DNA of 54,361 nucleotides from a virus (Duplodnaviria; Heunggongvirae; Uroviricota; Caudoviricetes): IMG/VR virus record IMGVR_UViG_2925919700_000001; one strand, 5' to 3'. Shown piece by piece: positions 50,965 to 54,361 of this stretch (position 1 is its first letter; each line of letters starts with the position of its first letter). The notes under the pieces were generated by a model. It saw only the letters and a program-made list of their open reading frames with translations, ran no database searches and was not told where the DNA came from. The position numbers and the translations under genes were made by a program.

Positions 50965-51176
50965 GCGTGATAAAAACTCATACAGGAATTGTTATCACCC
51001 GAGACGGTGAAAAGCGGATGAAATTACATTCCACTGAAACGTCCTGGGTTGCCGGACGTTGTGAATCCTACGACAAAAAGACTGGTTACCGTTGGGGTGC
51101 ACCAAACATGCGTCGCCGTCTGCTTCTGGACAGCATCAGGCTAATAAAACAGGTAGCAACCAGGGAACAAAATTAA
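50961..51176 (+). CDS. YfdT-like small protein
   Basis: 71-aa ORF, coupled to the preceding gene. Confidence 0.35.
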   Translation: MSVIKTHTGIVITRDGEKRMKLHSTETSWVAGRCESYDKKTGYRWGAPNMRRRLLLDSIRLIKQVATREQN

Positions 51177-51235
51177 TTATCAGGACTGGAATTTGATATT
51201 ACTGCCCGTGTGCAGCGGGCTAAGTGGAGAAACAT

Positions 51236-51442
51236 ATGCTGAACCTCGATTGCGTTCCAATCTCAACTTATTGCAAAGAAACTGGCGAAACTCCTGAAGC
51301 AATAAACAAACGTGTACAGCGCGGTGTTTGGCGTGAAGGTGTTCAGGTTTTAAAGGTTGAAGGCGTTAAGGAGAGGTGGATTGATCTTAGTGAGGTTGCA
51401 AAATGGGCCAGACAAAACTGCTCAAACTACCGCGCGGCGTAA
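51236..51442 (+). CDS. xis: Excisionase-like small DNA-binding protein
   Basis: About 68 aa immediately upstream of and overlapping the integrase; GGAG RBS before the ATG at 51236. Confidence 0.4.
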   Translation: MLNLDCVPISTYCKETGETPEAINKRVQRGVWREGVQVLKVEGVKERWIDLSEVAKWARQNCSNYRAA

Positions 51443-52569
51443 CAATCAGGAAACACCGCCAGGGCGAAACGATCAATATAACTTTCACCTACAAAGGAGT
51501 TAAATGTCGTGAGCCTCTTTCCAATCTGGAAGTAACACCAAAGAACATTAAATACGCCGAGCGCACACTCGGCGAAATTCATAATAAGATCGAAAGGGGA
51601 ACATTTATTTATGCGGAATATTTTCCCCGTTCTGCTCGTTTGAAAATTTTTGGTAATGCTGCTGCAGGCAAAACGGTAAAAATGTACCTGGACGAATACC
51701 TTGAAATCTGCGAAACGAGAAAACTTTCACCCTCTACGATTGGTGGTTATAAAAAATGCCGTAGTGCGTTAGCCTCACTCCACATTTGCCCTGCAAGTGA
51801 ATTAACACCAGCAATCCTGAAAGCGTGGATTCAAAGCCAGAAAACGACCTTAAAAACAATTCGCAACCAGTTATCTTTCCTGCGGTCAGCACTTGATGAA
51901 GCCGTAACCGATGGGGTACTTCAAATTAACCCCGTATCGTTGGTAACTGCTTCGCGCTACCAAAGTGATAAGTCAGAAGCAGAAAGCAGCTACGTGGTTG
52001 ATCCGCTATCACCAGCAGAAGTTGATGCATTACTAACAGCAGCCGGAAACAAACAATGGGAGAATCTGTTCCGGTTCGCTATACATACAGGCCTGCGTAG
52101 TTCTGAATTATGTGCCCTTCGATGGCGTGATATCGACTTTGTTGGAAAAACTGCCCATGTCCAGAGCGCAAGTGTTGTCGGTGTTATCAAAGGAACAAAG
52201 ACAAAAGCCGGTACTCGTAAAGTTGAACTGACAGAAGATGCAATGTTGGCGCTGATAAATCAGAAGCCATTTACATTCATGAAGGATGCTACTGTCTTTG
52301 AAGATCCAAAGACCAATAAGCCCTGGGCAAGTGCTGATGCAATCAGGAAAAAAGCATGGGTGCCAACATTGCGAAAAGCAGGTATTCGTTACAGAAATCC
52401 ATATCAAACCAGGCATACATTCGCCACCCGCCATATCAGCCGGGGAGCAAACCTGTTTTGGCTTGCAGCTCAAATGGGGCATAAAGGGCCGGAGATGCTT
52501 TTCAGGCACTATGGCTCATATCTGAAGGAATATGATGGACAAACAAGCTTGAAGAAGATAACAATATAA
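51403..52569 (+). CDS. int: Prophage tyrosine integrase (lambda/IntS-like)
   Basis: 388 aa; C-terminal catalytic region ...RHTFATRHISRGANLFWLAAQMGHKGPEMLFRHYGSY (R..H..R..Y). Confidence 0.85.
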   Translation: MGQTKLLKLPRGVTIRKHRQGETINITFTYKGVKCREPLSNLEVTPKNIKYAERTLGEIHNKIERGTFIYAEYFPRSARLKIFGNAAAGKTVKMYLDEYLEICETRKLSPSTIGGYKKCRSALASLHICPASELTPAILKAWIQSQKTTLKTIRNQLSFLRSALDEAVTDGVLQINPVSLVTASRYQSDKSEAESSYVVDPLSPAEVDALLTAAGNKQWENLFRFAIHTGLRSSELCALRWRDIDFVGKTAHVQSASVVGVIKGTKTKAGTRKVELTEDAMLALINQKPFTFMKDATVFEDPKTNKPWASADAIRKKAWVPTLRKAGIRYRNPYQTRHTFATRHISRGANLFWLAAQMGHKGPEMLFRHYGSYLKEYDGQTSLKKITI

Positions 52570-52586
52570 TCCAAGCATGAAACTAT

Positions 52587-52605
52587 TGGCCACAATTTGT
52601 GGCCA
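52587..52605. repeat. Palindrome TGGCCACAATTTGTGGCCA just after the integrase stop
   Basis: Perfect 9-bp arms around a single T; could be a terminator stem or recombination/att-related site. Confidence 0.4.
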
Positions 52606-52627
52606 TTTTACGGAGCAAGATAGAAAC

Positions 52628-54361
52628 ATGGCAAATCAAATTACCAAACTAAAAAATATAAATGTTGTGAAGTTTCGCGGACTGAAAAATATAAACATCG
52701 AGTTTGGTTCTCGCCTAACTGTTATTTGTGGTAAAAATGGCACATCTAAATCCACAATTCTTGGCATTATCGCCCAAATATTTAGCTTTACAAAGGACTT
52801 TACCAAAAACCCTGAGACTGATTTAACACAATATAAAACATTAACAAATGGCAGCTTCAAGTCAGCTTTCAGCGAACATTTTAGGCTTTCAGAACAATTT
52901 GATGTTCCTGGTTCAATGGACGTCAAAATTAGTGTCTATGATGGTGCATCGAACAAACATCTTGAAAAACTAACATTAGGTTTATACAGCTACAGTGACA
53001 GAGATAAATCTAGGCCTGTAGTCAGGGGAAATGATTCAATACCGGAAAAAAACCAAAGTAGAAACGTTACTCATCCTGTTATTTTTTTAAGCTTAGCACG
53101 ACTTCTTCCTATTACATTAAGGACTGATTACTCAACACGGGATGTTCAGTACATCAATGAAAATTCTGATGAAATCAGAATGATGAGTAACCAACTCTTA
53201 CTAAAAAACAATGGAAGCTCAGTAACAGCAACAAAAGGTACTATCGATTCAATGGTTGTCCATGGTGACAATTATGATCACCAATCAGTATCTGTTGGTG
53301 AAGATAATGTTGGACAATTAATCCAGGCAATTTTTTCATTTAAAAGACTGAAGGAAACTTATTCTGATTATCATGGCGGAATATTGTTAATTGATGAAGC
53401 CGATGCAGGTCTTTTCCCTGCGGCACAGTTAGAGCTAATTAATATTCTAACTAAAGCAGCAAAACAATACGATCTGCAAATAATCATGACCTCGCACTCT
53501 CCATTAATAATAGAGGATATCTATAATCGTTCAAAACAAGATAGTGATAGCTTTAAAACAATATATCTTACAGACACATATGGAGATATTAAAACAAAGA
53601 ATAATCTTTCATGGACAGATATCCACGCTGATTTACATGTTGAAACTGTAAAAATTAATGATGACATTTGTCTTCCAAAGGCAAATGTATATTTTGAAGA
53701 CAAAGAAGGTTTCGACTTTTTCAAACAATTGATAACAGATCGAAAAATAAATAAAATATTAAATCCATTAGGAAATATAAATATTAGCTGCTCTGCCATG
53801 CTTGACTTAATGGCAAGAAAAATACCAGAATTTACAGCTAAAAGCTTGATCGTCTTAGACGGTGATGTTGTTCACGACAACAGTGCTAATGCAAAAAAAG
53901 CCAAAAAAGAAAAAAACTTATGTTTGCTTCCAAGCACCTTACCTCCAGACCAAATGATTTTTGAGTTTTTATATAATTTACCACCTGATGATGCATATTG
54001 GGAAAATAAAAATAAATTTACAAAAGCTGTTTTTATGAAAACAGCTAAAGACATAATTGCAACGCTAAAGATTGGTAACGCTCCGATTGATTTAAAAATC
54101 CTTATAGATAATTATAAAAAAGTTAACAAAAACCATGGAGGGAGAGTTAGAAAACTGTTTAAAGATTTTGCACATACGACTCAATTTCAGGCCCAAGTCA
54201 AAGGAAGAGTTAAAGATAACCCATATCGATATTGGGTCGAGAAAAATCCTGTTCAATCGGATAGCTTCAAGAATGAACTAATAAAGAGTCTTAAAGTTAT
54301 TATGATAAGTGGACATGGTGTCGATTCTGCTACCATCTCATCATATCTGTCAGATAACTAA
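52628..54361 (+). CDS. OLD-family / ABC-type ATPase with C-terminal Toprim-like region (candidate anti-phage defence nuclease)
   Basis: Walker A GKNGTSKST, Walker B LLIDEADAGL, TSHSP; C-terminal ...YFEDKEGFD... and ...LIVLDGDVVHD... (Toprim-like E and DxD); strongly AT-rich; an alternative start at 52577 is possible. Confidence 0.55.
   Translation: MANQITKLKNINVVKFRGLKNINIEFGSRLTVICGKNGTSKSTILGIIAQIFSFTKDFTKNPETDLTQYKTLTNGSFKSAFSEHFRLSEQFDVPGSMDVKISVYDGASNKHLEKLTLGLYSYSDRDKSRPVVRGNDSIPEKNQSRNVTHPVIFLSLARLLPITLRTDYSTRDVQYINENSDEIRMMSNQLLLKNNGSSVTATKGTIDSMVVHGDNYDHQSVSVGEDNVGQLIQAIFSFKRLKETYSDYHGGILLIDEADAGLFPAAQLELINILTKAAKQYDLQIIMTSHSPLIIEDIYNRSKQDSDSFKTIYLTDTYGDIKTKNNLSWTDIHADLHVETVKINDDICLPKANVYFEDKEGFDFFKQLITDRKINKILNPLGNINISCSAMLDLMARKIPEFTAKSLIVLDGDVVHDNSANAKKAKKEKNLCLLPSTLPPDQMIFEFLYNLPPDDAYWENKNKFTKAVFMKTAKDIIATLKIGNAPIDLKILIDNYKKVNKNHGGRVRKLFKDFAHTTQFQAQVKGRVKDNPYRYWVEKNPVQSDSFKNELIKSLKVIMISGHGVDSATISSYLSDN

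Overview
The window is essentially one ~50 kb lambdoid prophage lying in reverse orientation, with its terminase large-subunit gene split by an ~11.3 kb P4/PICI-like satellite insertion. All calls rest on reading the supplied ORF translations and the raw sequence; no database search was run, and family names come from recalled motifs, gene sizes and lambda-like gene order. Read right to left the prophage runs: tyrosine integrase and excisionase (51.2-52.6 kb), a CPS-53-like early-left block, a CI/Cro switch with palindromic operators (47.2 kb), an O-like initiator with in-gene iterons, Dam-like methylase, RusA, KilA-N, Q, an AT-rich moron, a lysis cassette, a lambda-like cos, terS/terL, an HK97-type protease-capsid fusion and portal, then a lambda-like tail module from Z through J, lom, stf and tfa (2.2-18 kb). 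The insertion (about 23.4-34.7 kb) carries a P4-like integrase, AlpA, a primase-helicase followed by TGTTCACC iterons, an SSB, its own cos copy and a second diverged terS, I and capsid gene. Accessory cargo sits at both ends: an rnlAB-like toxin-antitoxin pair beside a decayed invertase (0.4-2.2 kb) and an AT-rich OLD/ABC-type ATPase after the integrase (52.6-54.4 kb). The most interesting candidates are the satellite-in-terminase arrangement, the three cos copies, the Q-proximal moron and the OLD-like ATPase.
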